A stretch of DNA of 64,000 bases from Desulfurococcaceae archaeon. Its GTDB lineage: Archaea > Thermoproteota > Thermoprotei_A > Sulfolobales > Desulfurococcaceae. Shown here piece after piece: positions 38,010 through 48,357 of this stretch (its first letter is position 1; every line of letters starts with the position of its first letter). The DNA lies in the NCBI GenBank assembly GCA_038888155.1, contig JAWAJB010000001.1, positions 384,001-448,000 on the forward strand, in the 5' to 3' direction. A program made the translations under genes and the position numbers. The notes beneath the pieces were generated by a model that was given only the letters and a program-made list of their open reading frames with translations, was not told the origin of the DNA and searched no databases.

Positions 38010-39836
38010 GTGTACCCGTGGTTAATAGCCATTATTGTCCTCTTAGTCTACTTGCTAGCGTACACCTTCTATGGCAAGAAGTTACTTGCGCAGAGAATAG
38101 TAAAAGTTGATCCCAACAGGCCTACTCCTGCTGTAACTAAGTTTGACGGGGTAGACTACGTACCGGCCAACAAGTACGTCCTTTATGGACACCACTTCGC
38201 AACGATCGCTGCAGCCGGCCCAATAGTTGGCCCCGCTACCGCGCTCGTTTGGGGCTGGCTAATACCAATTGTTTGGATAATTGTGGGGAACGTTTTCCTT
38301 GGGTCAGTGCACGACTACCTCAGCCTCATGTCCTCTGTGAGGCACGGAGGGATAACAATAATGTCTTTAGCTGAGAACATCATGGGAAAGAAAGCCAGAT
38401 ACGCCTTCCTCATTTACGTATTCTTCACCGGGATTCTATTAGCAGCGTCGTTCTTCAGCATTGTAGCTAGCGTTTTCGAGTCCGTACCTACAGCAGCTAC
38501 TATAAACATTATGTACATGCCCCTTGCCCTACTATTTGGCTTAATGGTTTACAGGTACGGCATGAGCGTAAAGAAGGCTACAGTTATCGCACTTATTCTT
38601 CTGGGTATTATTTTTGCGTACTCGTACTATTCGCCAATATATGCAACTTATGAGGCGTGGATTTTTGTTGCAACTATATATTGCATCGTAGCTGGATCGC
38701 TACCTGTGTGGTATCTACTCCAACCGAGGGACTACCTTAACTCTTACTTCTTGTGGACTACTGTAGCATTAGCAGTTATAGCTCCTTTCTTCTTGCCCTA
38801 CAGACTCACTGGACCAGCGATATCAACTCTGGTAGCTAAGGGTAGCGTAATAGGGGGCGTTGCTGGAACGCCTGCTGCTACTTTTGATATTGCGTGGATT
38901 TGGCCGTCAATAGTGCTGGTTGTAGCCTGTGGGGCCCTGTCTGGAGCGCACGCCGTAAGTGCCTCTGGATTGACTTCAAAGCAGCTGGCCAACGAGCTGG
39001 ACGGGCTGTTCGTGGGATATGGGGGAATGCTAACCGAGGGAGCCCTTTCAGCGCTCGCAGTTATTACGCCCGCAGCACTGGCCTGGAACTTCGTTGAGGC
39101 GGCTGCGCAGGCTGGTATATCAGCTGAGCTCGTCTTAGCAGCTGGGATCAACGTAACTAGAACCCCCACAATACTGCAGTTCCCAGCCGTTAATAGATAC
39201 TACGTTGGGTATGGGTTTGCGCAGGCGTTAGCGTGGTCGAGGTTCCTCGGACCTGCGAGCTTCCCAGATCTATACAAGTTCTTCAGCTCGTGGGCAGCGT
39301 GGTCTCTCACAGCATTTATAATGACTTCCATAGATTCTGGCACAAGAGTGCGCAGGTTTATGCTGGCTGAGCTGCTAGAGCCCATTAAACCAAAGGCACC
39401 AAGCGTGTACAAGTTCTTAACAAATAGGTGGATAGCCTCTACGCTTGTTACAATCTTGGTGGTTGTAATGGCTATTCCGAAGATACCGGATCCCGCTAAT
39501 CCAGCAGTCACCATATACGCGTATACCGTTACGTGGCCAGCTTCATCGGGGAACAATCAACTGCAAGCATCGCTAGCCCTTATGATAGCATCAATGTGGG
39601 TTTTGGTTATACAAAAAATAAGGGGACCGCCTCTAGCTCTCATCCTAGTGCCAGCTCTGTTCCTCTGGGTCACGGTGACATCAGCGTTCTTCCTGTGGTA
39701 CATCTACATTATGCCCTACTTGCCGCTACTTTACCTCGTTACAACTGCACCTATAATGTTGTGCGCAGGGGGTATAAACTTCTACCTCTTGTTCTCCTTT
39801 ATAAGCCAGTGGAGGAGAGCTAGGCAGGAGCAATAG
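38010..39836 (+). CDS. cstA: Carbon starvation protein A family transporter
   Basis: TPA...DGVDYVP, GHHFATIAAAGPIVGP, LPVWYLLQPRDYL, ACGALSGAH and GYGGMLTEG motifs. Confidence 0.93.
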   Translation: MYPWLIAIIVLLVYLLAYTFYGKKLLAQRIVKVDPNRPTPAVTKFDGVDYVPANKYVLYGHHFATIAAAGPIVGPATALVWGWLIPIVWIIVGNVFLGSVHDYLSLMSSVRHGGITIMSLAENIMGKKARYAFLIYVFFTGILLAASFFSIVASVFESVPTAATINIMYMPLALLFGLMVYRYGMSVKKATVIALILLGIIFAYSYYSPIYATYEAWIFVATIYCIVAGSLPVWYLLQPRDYLNSYFLWTTVALAVIAPFFLPYRLTGPAISTLVAKGSVIGGVAGTPAATFDIAWIWPSIVLVVACGALSGAHAVSASGLTSKQLANELDGLFVGYGGMLTEGALSALAVITPAALAWNFVEAAAQAGISAELVLAAGINVTRTPTILQFPAVNRYYVGYGFAQALAWSRFLGPASFPDLYKFFSSWAAWSLTAFIMTSIDSGTRVRRFMLAELLEPIKPKAPSVYKFLTNRWIASTLVTILVVVMAIPKIPDPANPAVTIYAYTVTWPASSGNNQLQASLALMIASMWVLVIQKIRGPPLALILVPALFLWVTVTSAFFLWYIYIMPYLPLLYLVTTAPIMLCAGGINFYLLFSFISQWRRARQEQ

Positions 39837-39889
39837 AGTTGTTACTATCTTATAGTTTTTTTAAAATCCTCTTGGCTCAGCATTTCTAG

Positions 39890-40201
39890 GTGATTGATCT
39901 GAATAGCGCGCTGAAAAAAATAAGAAAGCTGCTCAGAGAGCTTCTAATGTTAACTAAGGGGATGCAGAAGTCCCTTGTTGAGAGAAGCGTAAGCGTTCTC
40001 CAAGAGGAATTTCTCGAGCTTGAAACCGCCTTTCTCCTCATGGTTATGGGACCTCTAGCGGGGTTGAAAACCACTACGCTTTTATTCAGCCTAGAGCTAA
40101 TGGATGCGCTCTCAGAGGAAATAAAGGTACTGGAGACGAGGGCAGTTAGAGGCAAAGACGTGATGAGCGACTTAATAGATGTCCTAATGGCTGAGCGCTA
40201 G
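39890..40201 (+). CDS. Small helical protein of the cstA-arsA operon
   Basis: E..ELE.AFLLMV.G...G motif like the small proteins found between cstA and arsA-like genes. Confidence 0.65.
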   Translation: MIDLNSALKKIRKLLRELLMLTKGMQKSLVERSVSVLQEEFLELETAFLLMVMGPLAGLKTTTLLFSLELMDALSEEIKVLETRAVRGKDVMSDLIDVLMAER

Positions 40202-41158
40202 GTGGAATCTGTGGAAATCTTTGATGCCATTGGTAGCCCAGGAACGCGCCCCCACTTAGTCATTGTTATTGGAAAGGGGGGCGTAGGCAAGACAACAGTC
40301 TCTCTCCTAGCTGCAGTAGAGCTGAGCCGCCAAGGTCCAACGCTACTGCTTAGCCTCGACCCAGCTAGACACGCGTCTAAGTACCTCGGCATAGGCGACA
40401 AAGACTTCGCGGAGATAGGGGATTCCCTGCACGTAAGGCAGATCTCAATTGATAAAGAAGTAGGCAAAATTACCTCAGAGCACGCAGAGACCCTACGCGA
40501 AGTTATGCCCTACTTAGCTGTATTGAACTTGGAGAGCATTATAGACGTCGTCAAGTACTTCCCCGGCGTTGAAGAGGAGATCTTCTTGAGGAAAATGCTG
40601 GAGGCGTTGCAGGAGAGGTACGACTTCGTAGTAATTGATACTCCTCCAACGGGTATTACGCTGAGAACGCTTGTTCTGCCGAGGCTATACTTGCTGTGGA
40701 TAGATAAGTTAATAGAGGTTAGGGAGAGAATAGTGTCCTTAAGGTACGTTATATCGAGGACTCTGGGAAAAGACGCTACAGCGCACGACAGAGTGCTAAC
40801 AAAGTTGGCAAGGATGAGAGAGGATTACAGCGCCTTAAATAGGGCTCTCTCGTCGAGCGATAATGCCTCGTACATTATAGTGAGCACCCCCGAGCCCCTT
40901 CCAATGCATGAGCTACGAGAATCCCTGAAGTTCCTCGCAGAGAGGTTAGGTGTCAAGCCGAGGCTACTTGTCTTGAATAAGATTCTACCGCAAGACATTG
41001 CATCTAGGCTGAATGTCGAGGATGCGCAGAACCAGTATATATCTGAGATCAGCAAATTAAGTACTAGCTATATGCTCATAGAGTATCTAGGCAGTTCCCC
41101 AGAGACGCTACAGGACGTGCTTAAGATGAGAGAAAAATCGAGGTTGTACAAGAAATGA
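40202..41158 (+). CDS. ArsA/Get3 family ATPase
   Basis: GKGGVGKTT, SLDPA, PGVEE, DTPPTG, PEPLP and VLNK motifs. Confidence 0.9.
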   Translation: MESVEIFDAIGSPGTRPHLVIVIGKGGVGKTTVSLLAAVELSRQGPTLLLSLDPARHASKYLGIGDKDFAEIGDSLHVRQISIDKEVGKITSEHAETLREVMPYLAVLNLESIIDVVKYFPGVEEEIFLRKMLEALQERYDFVVIDTPPTGITLRTLVLPRLYLLWIDKLIEVRERIVSLRYVISRTLGKDATAHDRVLTKLARMREDYSALNRALSSSDNASYIIVSTPEPLPMHELRESLKFLAERLGVKPRLLVLNKILPQDIASRLNVEDAQNQYISEISKLSTSYMLIEYLGSSPETLQDVLKMREKSRLYKK

Positions 41159-41814
41159 ACGGAGATTACTTACTAGATTACATAATTATGATATCTATAA
41201 GCCTGCTGAGCGGCACTATTGTGACTTGGTACTTCATTCAGAGGAGGAGGTTGGCAAAGTTCATAAAGGAAGTTACGCTGGACTTAGAGAGCTCTTTCAA
41301 GCCAGTGGACAAGACTTATACTCTTTTAGGGTACCTTGTGGGCTATCACGCCAAGTATGTGCTAAAGTCCGGCGATAAGGTGTACATACTTTTAACTACT
41401 ACGCCTAAGATCTCGTTCATATACAGCTTTGTTGCAAAGTGGCTAGGCCGATCAGATCGACTTGAGATCGCAATTGAGGGCGCGGAGCGGCGAGTTCTGC
41501 GCGATCTGCACATTGTCCTAGAGCTAGATAGAATAGCTCAGAGGACGTTGCAGCGGGATCTTAAGGGCTCGGCAAACACCCTTTTGAGCACAAGCGTGGA
41601 GATTTCTGGGAGAAACTACATAGCATACTACGTTGATGCTGGAGATCTCAGGCGCGCCGTAAGGCTTTTACAATCCAGCGGAGTGCAAGTACGCAGGCTG
41701 TCTGCGTTTAAATCTCAAAACCTCACAGAGATAGTTGTGGATATAAAGCCAGGGAACACGCTCGAGGTCGTCAAGTTGCTCAGAGAGTTCAGCAAAGTAG
41801 TTTCTAGGGACTAG
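41155..41814 (+). CDS. N-terminally anchored hypothetical protein
   Basis: One N-terminal TM helix; PVDKTYTLLGYLVGYHA segment; ATGA overlap with the ATPase gene. Confidence 0.75.
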   Translation: MNGDYLLDYIIMISISLLSGTIVTWYFIQRRRLAKFIKEVTLDLESSFKPVDKTYTLLGYLVGYHAKYVLKSGDKVYILLTTTPKISFIYSFVAKWLGRSDRLEIAIEGAERRVLRDLHIVLELDRIAQRTLQRDLKGSANTLLSTSVEISGRNYIAYYVDAGDLRRAVRLLQSSGVQVRRLSAFKSQNLTEIVVDIKPGNTLEVVKLLREFSKVVSRD

Positions 41815-41860
41815 TAACTAGGAGTTGTGCAATTAAAGGTTTATTCCACTAATAACTCAG

Positions 41861-42967
41861 TTAAGCTTCTCCTATTAGCTTAGCTAAGTTTTCACTGTAG
41901 GGAGGATATGCTATGCCCCTCTCTGTTATTATAGCTGTAACTAAGTCCGGATCCGTAACGTCAAAGGCGTAGTTAATTGCATCCACATTTTCTAGCGTGA
42001 TTAATTTGCCGTTTATATACCTAACTTCGTCGGGGTTTCTCCTCTCGATAACTATGCTGTCTATTTTTTTCTCGGGATCTATTGTTCTAGTTGATGCCGC
42101 TACATAGAATGGAATGTTGTTCCTCTTCGCAGCTAAGGATATCATGTACGTTCCGACCTTATTCACTACGTAGCCATCGAGCGTTATCCTGTCGGCGCCA
42201 ACTACTACCAAGTCAACTTCTCCCCTTTTCATTAAGAGGCCAGCTGCGTTGTCTGTTATAAGCGATACGGGTATTCCCTCTTTCACGAGCTCGTACACTG
42301 TTAATCTAGCTCCTTGGAGCATAGGTCTAGTCTCAGTCGCTACAACTCTTATCTTCTTGCCTTTATACCAAGCTATCCTTATGATGCCTAGAGCCGATCC
42401 ATAGCCGCAGCTCGCGAGCGCCCCAGTATTGCAGTGAGTCAATATAGTTGCGTTATCCGGCACTAGCTCGGATCCAAGCTCTCCCATCTTGATAGTGGCC
42501 TCAAGGTGCTCTTGATACATTCTAAGGGCCTCCTCTACAAGGGCTTTCGCTATTTTCAGTGCATCGCTCGTCTCAATTAGCTTAGCCTTGACGAGATCTT
42601 TTAGCCTGCTCAGCGCGTAGAATAGCCAATACGCAGTGGGCCTCGTACGAGCTAGGATCTCGATTGATTTATTCACCTCGCCGAGGAATTCGTCCAGAGG
42701 CTTGCTAGCTACTTTAAGCGCATAAGCTCCAACAGCAAGCGCTGCTGCTACCCCTATTGCAGGGGCTCCCCTAATCTCCATGTCCACTATTGCTCTCGCT
42801 ACCCTAGAGGGGTCGTTAGAGCAAAGCACCTCCTCTTGGTGTGGAAGCTTTAAGGTGTTTAGCCAACACAGCTTGCCCTCTGCGTCGTTATACCATATAG
42901 CTCTTACAGCTAGTGGGTAGCGGAGGTTCATACAATCTACCGCTAGAGGTCTTAACTCTACTCGCAT
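41861..42967 (-). CDS. mtnA: S-methyl-5-thioribose-1-phosphate isomerase
   Basis: IRGAPAIG, TRPTA, LTHCNTGALA, ETRPMLQGARLT, VGADRI and NKVGTY motifs. Confidence 0.92.
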   Translation of the reverse strand: MRVELRPLAVDCMNLRYPLAVRAIWYNDAEGKLCWLNTLKLPHQEEVLCSNDPSRVARAIVDMEIRGAPAIGVAAALAVGAYALKVASKPLDEFLGEVNKSIEILARTRPTAYWLFYALSRLKDLVKAKLIETSDALKIAKALVEEALRMYQEHLEATIKMGELGSELVPDNATILTHCNTGALASCGYGSALGIIRIAWYKGKKIRVVATETRPMLQGARLTVYELVKEGIPVSLITDNAAGLLMKRGEVDLVVVGADRITLDGYVVNKVGTYMISLAAKRNNIPFYVAASTRTIDPEKKIDSIVIERRNPDEVRYINGKLITLENVDAINYAFDVTDPDLVTAIITERGIAYPPYSENLAKLIGEA

Positions 42968-43209
42968 TTAATTAAATTTAAGGCTGGGCTTTTATTAAGC
43001 GCCAATAAGGGCATTTCAGCAACAGCTATTACCTAGCTAGATTGTAGGGCACAGAGTCTTTGAGATAATGTTGGTAAATAGTTTTATTTTATGATTAATT
43101 TTGCTTATAAAGGGATTATGTATATGAATACTTAAGTTAAACTTATAAAGGTTTTGTAATTTTGAATTAAATGGGGGAAATAGCTTGAAGTCTAAACCCG
43201 CTAGGCCTC

Positions 43210-43509
43210 TTGGCACAACCAACTTTGAGGAGGATTTTGTTGATCAAGCACAACGCTAAGACTATATTGTCTGTAATTTCGCTTACAGTTATTCTCTTAT
43301 CCCTGTGGATCAGTTGGGAGGCAGTTGTCAAACCTCTCAAGAGCATGGTTCCCGCCTCTTGGAATAAGGATTTCCCGTCTCCATTCTACTTGTGGGATGC
43401 CCCTATATGGTGGTGGCACGACCTGTACATAACATTAATTGTTGTTTTCTCAGTAGTACTGTGTGTTCTCTCGCTAATTGGCAGAGAAGAGGTTAGAAAA
43501 GCCGGTTAA
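43210..43509 (+). CDS. Small two-TM, Trp-rich membrane protein
   Basis: Two hydrophobic segments flanking SPFYLWDAPIWWWHD. Confidence 0.6.
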   Translation: MAQPTLRRILLIKHNAKTILSVISLTVILLSLWISWEAVVKPLKSMVPASWNKDFPSPFYLWDAPIWWWHDLYITLIVVFSVVLCVLSLIGREEVRKAG

Positions 43510-43545
43510 CTCTGTAATCTATCCCATTTTCACGGGTAGTAATGG

Positions 43546-44514
43546 CTAGAGAGCGCTATTTAGCTCATCTAAGAATATGTAGAAAATTCCTACGGGCACC
43601 CTTGCCCCAGCCGCTTGAGGGTGCCCACCTCCGCTAATGCCTAGCTTTTTACCGAGCTTCCTCAATATTTGGTTTAGATCCAAGCCAGCTTCTCCGCGCA
43701 AGCTCATTACGTACACATCTTTTCTCTCCTCGATAGCTATTCCCACTTTGGCGCCGCTGTATATTCTCGCGTAGTTAGCCGCCTTACCCAAGCTCCCGGG
43801 GGGATTTATCACGTACCCTATTTTGCCCTTTAAAGTAGCGTTGCCCTTAACCCAGACCCGCAGGCTCTCGTCTTCAGCGGCCTGCTTTAAGCTCCTCTCA
43901 ACGAGCTCTTTCATTGCGCTTGGAAGCTTGTTATCAGATAGGTGCGCTACAACTCTCCTCTTGAAGTCGTGATCTCTCCTAGAGCCCTCTAGCCCCTGTA
44001 TTAGTATACCGGCCTCGAGGTATATAGATCTCTTATCCCACCGTCCCATTTCGTCTTTAACCCACGCAGTTTCATCTAAGTAGTTCCCTATTGCACCGTA
44101 GAGCGCGACCCTAGAGTACTCCGGTTCAAGCCCCCTCTCGCGCAGGAGCTTATACGTGAGCTCTGAGGTAGAGCAATGCGTGTCGTAAACTAGCTCAACT
44201 CCTTTAGGTACGCTAGGGCCCTCAATTAGCGGGTGATGATCTACATATATAACTTCGCCCCGACTGGACATGTCTGCGAGAACTTTGAATATCTCCTCGC
44301 TGTGCAATTCGCTTACAGCGATATCAACTATAAAGGCGCAACCTTCACCTCTGTAGAACTCCCTTAAGTCTCCCAGTAAACCAACGGGGTGTGTAAACAC
44401 CACGCTCACCTCATACCCGCTCTTCTCGAGGAATGCCTTAGCTAAAGCTGCTGAGGAAACTCCATCGCTGTCGCCGTGGGCAAAAATAAAGCACTGATGC
44501 ACCAAACCACCCAA
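43546..44514 (-). CDS. DHH/DHHA1 family phosphoesterase
   Basis: HGDSDG, IVDIA, VDHH and GGGHPQAAGA motifs. Confidence 0.9.
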   Translation of the reverse strand: MGGLVHQCFIFAHGDSDGVSSAALAKAFLEKSGYEVSVVFTHPVGLLGDLREFYRGEGCAFIVDIAVSELHSEEIFKVLADMSSRGEVIYVDHHPLIEGPSVPKGVELVYDTHCSTSELTYKLLRERGLEPEYSRVALYGAIGNYLDETAWVKDEMGRWDKRSIYLEAGILIQGLEGSRRDHDFKRRVVAHLSDNKLPSAMKELVERSLKQAAEDESLRVWVKGNATLKGKIGYVINPPGSLGKAANYARIYSGAKVGIAIEERKDVYVMSLRGEAGLDLNQILRKLGKKLGISGGGHPQAAGARVPVGIFYIFLDELNSAL

Positions 44515-44604
44515 TCAACTTCTAAATTAAAGGGCAAGAGCTACACTAACACGTTAGGTGCATAAGGTAAATTAAGTTTACCTACCAGCTATGAATAAAA
44601 CCTT

Positions 44605-45867
44605 TTAAGCTAGAGAGTAGATTAGCTCGAGAAATCTCCTAGCATTGTCCCTAGGGTTCACTCTCTCTAGGCTCTTAGATACTACCTCTTCCCTCTTCGG
44701 CTTGCGTTTCAATGAATCCCTTATACCCTCAGCTAAGTTCTCCGCGACGGGCTTAGATATGTATCCTGTAACGCTCTCAGCAACAACTTCTGGCAACCCC
44801 CCTCTATTTGTTACAACTGCAGGGGTTCCAAGCCTGTTAGCCTCGACCGGAACCCGGCCGAATGGCTCGGGCCATAAGCTGGGCACAATAACTACATCTG
44901 CATACTGCATTGCGCTGTAGAGCTCCGCGAAAGACGCCTTTCCCCTGAACTCGACGCTCCTAGAAATTCCTATTCTCCTAGCGTACCTCTCAACCCACGT
45001 ATCCTTACACCCAAACATTTTCATTTTCACGCTTAACCCGCTTTCAGCGAGAGCCTTTAACGAGTCAAGGGCTAGGTGGGGCCCTTTAAAGGGGTCTGGC
45101 CCCGCAGCGTAAATTACATCTACAACGTCGGCCCTAGTTTTCTCGCAATTTCTGCTCTCCGCGTATTTCATCGGGTACGTGACTAGGTTGTGAACTACGC
45201 TTATGGGTTTATCGCCAACTTCCAAGAGCTTCGTGTGAGCGAGCTTGACAAAGCTAGAGACTGCAATAAAGCCGTCAATGCAACTAACAGCTTCTCTGAG
45301 CGCCTGTTTGTGCCTGAAAAGATCCAAGCTACTTGGTTTTTTCAGCAAGCTTGATATGTGCGGATAAATTCCCCTCCACGAGGAGGTTGCACCAAGTTTA
45401 GCAAGCTCAATGCCTAACTCCCCTGCGCACCTAATAGCCCTGCCTGCGGTACACTTCTCGAGGCATATAGCCTTCATGCCGCGGTATAGCGTCCACGTGG
45501 GGCAAATTAGAGAGTAGCTGTGGAGGTGGGCTAATACAGGTACATTCTTAACTGCCTTAACTCGAGGCGCTACTAGGTATTCAACGTCTGTGATCCACAC
45601 AGCATCAGCCCACTTCACGAGGGAGTCCTGCTGGCTAACAAGCATGTCCGGGAAGTGCAGTTTTTCCTCACAGGGAACAGCCCTGTAGTCGACTCCCATT
45701 AGCTTTAGGGGCTTTGTAAATAAAGTGCTGGAGCTACTGCACAGCATTACCTTTAGGTTGAGCACGTCTTTAAAGAACTCAAAGAACTCAAGAGTGGCGA
45801 TCCAAGCTCCTCCGAACCACAGGCCGTGAGCTATTGCCAGCAAGTTTAAGCTGCCTTCTTTACGCAC
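44605..45867 (-). CDS. Glycosyltransferase family 4
   Basis: GGA, HLHSY..ICP, FKGPH and PSLWPEPFGRVPVEA...GGLPE motifs. Confidence 0.92.
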   Translation of the reverse strand: MRKEGSLNLLAIAHGLWFGGAWIATLEFFEFFKDVLNLKVMLCSSSSTLFTKPLKLMGVDYRAVPCEEKLHFPDMLVSQQDSLVKWADAVWITDVEYLVAPRVKAVKNVPVLAHLHSYSLICPTWTLYRGMKAICLEKCTAGRAIRCAGELGIELAKLGATSSWRGIYPHISSLLKKPSSLDLFRHKQALREAVSCIDGFIAVSSFVKLAHTKLLEVGDKPISVVHNLVTYPMKYAESRNCEKTRADVVDVIYAAGPDPFKGPHLALDSLKALAESGLSVKMKMFGCKDTWVERYARRIGISRSVEFRGKASFAELYSAMQYADVVIVPSLWPEPFGRVPVEANRLGTPAVVTNRGGLPEVVAESVTGYISKPVAENLAEGIRDSLKRKPKREEVVSKSLERVNPRDNARRFLELIYSLA

Positions 45868-45961
45868 GCTGAGCGCCCCTTTAGCCCCTTTAACTACCTA
45901 CTTCGATCCAGCGCTAAGGGACTAAAATACCTCTGAAGAGAGCGAAAACGCAGAGAGCTGC

Positions 45962-47551
45962 CTACCTCAATAACGCTAATATCTTCTCCTCGTAGCTTAC
46001 CATTACTGCTACTACCGGCCTAATTAGCGCGATCTTCGTGAATATTGAAGCCAAGATCTGCACATCCTCGCTGTTTATTGCCTTGAGGAGGGGCAGCAGC
46101 GTCAAGTAGGCGAACAGGTACATCAAGCTCCCCGCAAATAGCCTAATGAGGCTAGGCGCGTGGACATAGAGCGTTAGGAGTATAACTGGTATTGCAGACA
46201 GCGTTGACGCTAAGTATATGCTACCTGTAGATTTTAAGTCCAGCCTCGCGCTGTATCTCTTCCCAACAACTCTCAGACTGTATATCGTTGAGGCGCCCGT
46301 TGCTACAAGCATTGATGCTATCAAGCCCTCGACGCCTAGTAACCTAGTTAAAACTAGAGAGAGCGGAGCGAAAACTGCAGCTTGGATTACTGTAGCCTTA
46401 AAGTTAACCCCGGGTAGCCCGACGCCGCTGAACAGGCTTCCGAGGATCGTGTAGCCCAATCCAATGTATAAGTAGTTTGTTGCTAAGAGGGATAAATAGC
46501 GCGATGCGAGCATGTACTCTGGTCCCAAGAGCACGGATACTATATCTTGCGACATCGACGATACAAGCACTGAAGTTGGGATCACAAGCAGGGATGAGTA
46601 CTTAGTTGAATAGCGGAGCATGCTCTTCAGCTCGCCTGGGTTGTCCCCGAGCTTCGAGAAAGCTGGAAATAGGACACTTGTAATCGGCCCTAGTATCAGA
46701 GTTATGAGGGATGTAAATCGCAGCGCAACGTTGAAGTTCCCTATAACGTAGTCGGAGACAGTGTAAGCGAGAATAACTCCTCGGAGAGTATCTAGCGAGG
46801 CAGTTATAACAGATGCAACGTAGAGAGCTAGCCCGTAGCTCAGCATCAGCGAGATTGTACTCATATGAGTGTATTTATTGGAAGATCGACTGACCCCAAC
46901 ATTCGGTTGCTTGTTGTGCACAAGGAGAAGACTCGTTGCGACTCCAACAGCGTATGCTATTACATTACCTGCGAGCGCGCCAGCTACGCTAAGCCCTAGG
47001 ACTACGAGCACGGGGGCCATTATTAGCCTAAAGGATTGAAGCACAACGCTCGTTAGTGCGCAGCCCTTGGTGTCACCAAAGCCCAGGAGGATGCTGTTAG
47101 CTACGTTGAACAGCGACTGAAGGACAACTATGGGGAGAGCTATTTTCACCAAGTCGATAAGCCCTGAGCGGTTTATGAACATAACTGTTAAATTCTCAAC
47201 GAGGAGTAGCGACAACATATAAACAATTATTGACTCTAGCGTTGCGAACAGTAGCCCTGTCCTCACAAGTGAGGCGACCCGCTGGCGATCACCTCTCTCA
47301 TTATAGTAAGCAATGTACCTAGTTAAAGCGTAGTTTACGCCTAGACCTGTAAACAGTGTTAGGAAAGATTGCGGAACAAAGGCCAGGGAGTATGCACCGT
47401 ATAAGTCTGGACCCAGCAACCTTGCAATTAATATCCCGCAGAGAGCAGAGAGAAATGTGGCGAGCGTGTTACCACTAAATAAGAATAGCGCCCCAGTCGC
47501 TGCCTCCTCAAAGAGGCGGGACAAGCTGCTATCAAAGGCATTGCTCAACAA
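45962..47551 (-). CDS. Oligosaccharide flippase (Wzx/MOP family)
   Basis: ARLLGPDLYGAY, ALTRYIA and VLFPAFS motifs; about 14 TM segments. Confidence 0.88.
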   Translation of the reverse strand: MLSNAFDSSLSRLFEEAATGALFLFSGNTLATFLSALCGILIARLLGPDLYGAYSLAFVPQSFLTLFTGLGVNYALTRYIAYYNERGDRQRVASLVRTGLLFATLESIIVYMLSLLLVENLTVMFINRSGLIDLVKIALPIVVLQSLFNVANSILLGFGDTKGCALTSVVLQSFRLIMAPVLVVLGLSVAGALAGNVIAYAVGVATSLLLVHNKQPNVGVSRSSNKYTHMSTISLMLSYGLALYVASVITASLDTLRGVILAYTVSDYVIGNFNVALRFTSLITLILGPITSVLFPAFSKLGDNPGELKSMLRYSTKYSSLLVIPTSVLVSSMSQDIVSVLLGPEYMLASRYLSLLATNYLYIGLGYTILGSLFSGVGLPGVNFKATVIQAAVFAPLSLVLTRLLGVEGLIASMLVATGASTIYSLRVVGKRYSARLDLKSTGSIYLASTLSAIPVILLTLYVHAPSLIRLFAGSLMYLFAYLTLLPLLKAINSEDVQILASIFTKIALIRPVVAVMVSYEEKILALLR

Positions 47552-47795
47552 TTAAGCACCTAGCTTAGTGGTGTATGCGTGGAGTGGCCCTAAACTTATA
47601 CTTCTATCTACAAAATAAGCATCAATTGTTTAATAACGGGTTACAGTACCGTTAGAGAATACAAACTATATAAGCGCGGATGGGGGTTTACTGCTCTGAT
47701 CAACACGTGGACGCAGGCGGGATCCAGACTACGGGCTATTAAAAACTACCTCCACGATCCAACAACATTAGCGCGGCGTCTTTAAAGCGAGCAAA

Positions 47796-48218
47796 TTACT
47801 GTTTTAGCTGGGAGAAGTACTCTCTGGCTCTGTTGATCGCCTCTGCAAGAGCTGGAGTGGGCTGAGCTATTGGAGGTATGAACACGCAGAATAACTCTAA
47901 GTGTGTAGATCCTGTGTTTTTAACCATGTGAATCGTGCCGCTCTTAGCTACCATTAAGTACCCCGGCCTAATTTCACTAACTAATTCTTTCTCGTTAATT
48001 ACTTCAATGAATTCGCCTTCACCGCTCGAAACGTAAATTATTTCATCAGAGCCTTCGTGTTTGTGGAGACCGGTATTCCCCTCAGGGGGGAGCTGAACAA
48101 CAGCAACGGTAGCTTTGTCGTAGTTCCCTATCTCGGGGGCCAGAACTACGCCTATCTCTCTTTCACTCGGCCTGGGTGCCTTATAGCGAGGAATTTTCCT
48201 AGGGTTAATTACAGGCAT
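47796..48218 (-). CDS. Cupin domain protein
   Basis: HKH..SDEIIYV..GEG and GTIH.VKN metal-binding motifs. Confidence 0.88.
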   Translation of the reverse strand: MPVINPRKIPRYKAPRPSEREIGVVLAPEIGNYDKATVAVVQLPPEGNTGLHKHEGSDEIIYVSSGEGEFIEVINEKELVSEIRPGYLMVAKSGTIHMVKNTGSTHLELFCVFIPPIAQPTPALAEAINRAREYFSQLKQ

Positions 48219-48357
48219 CGAGACTCCCAGCCCAGATAATGTACCTGCATGCTATTATATCTGTTTGTAGTGGGCTACCTAGTAACGAAGGCGCTTTATC
48301 GTAACTATAGGTATTTTAAGTACGCGCGTGCCCAGCAGTACAGGCAGGGTTCATAGT

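Noticed and set aside
45933-45980. CTGAAGA...CAGA as a C/D sRNA
   Set aside because: No credible C' or D box
47675-47730. CTGA...CAGA C/D-like spacing
   Set aside because: C and C' boxes are too degenerate and no target was recognised
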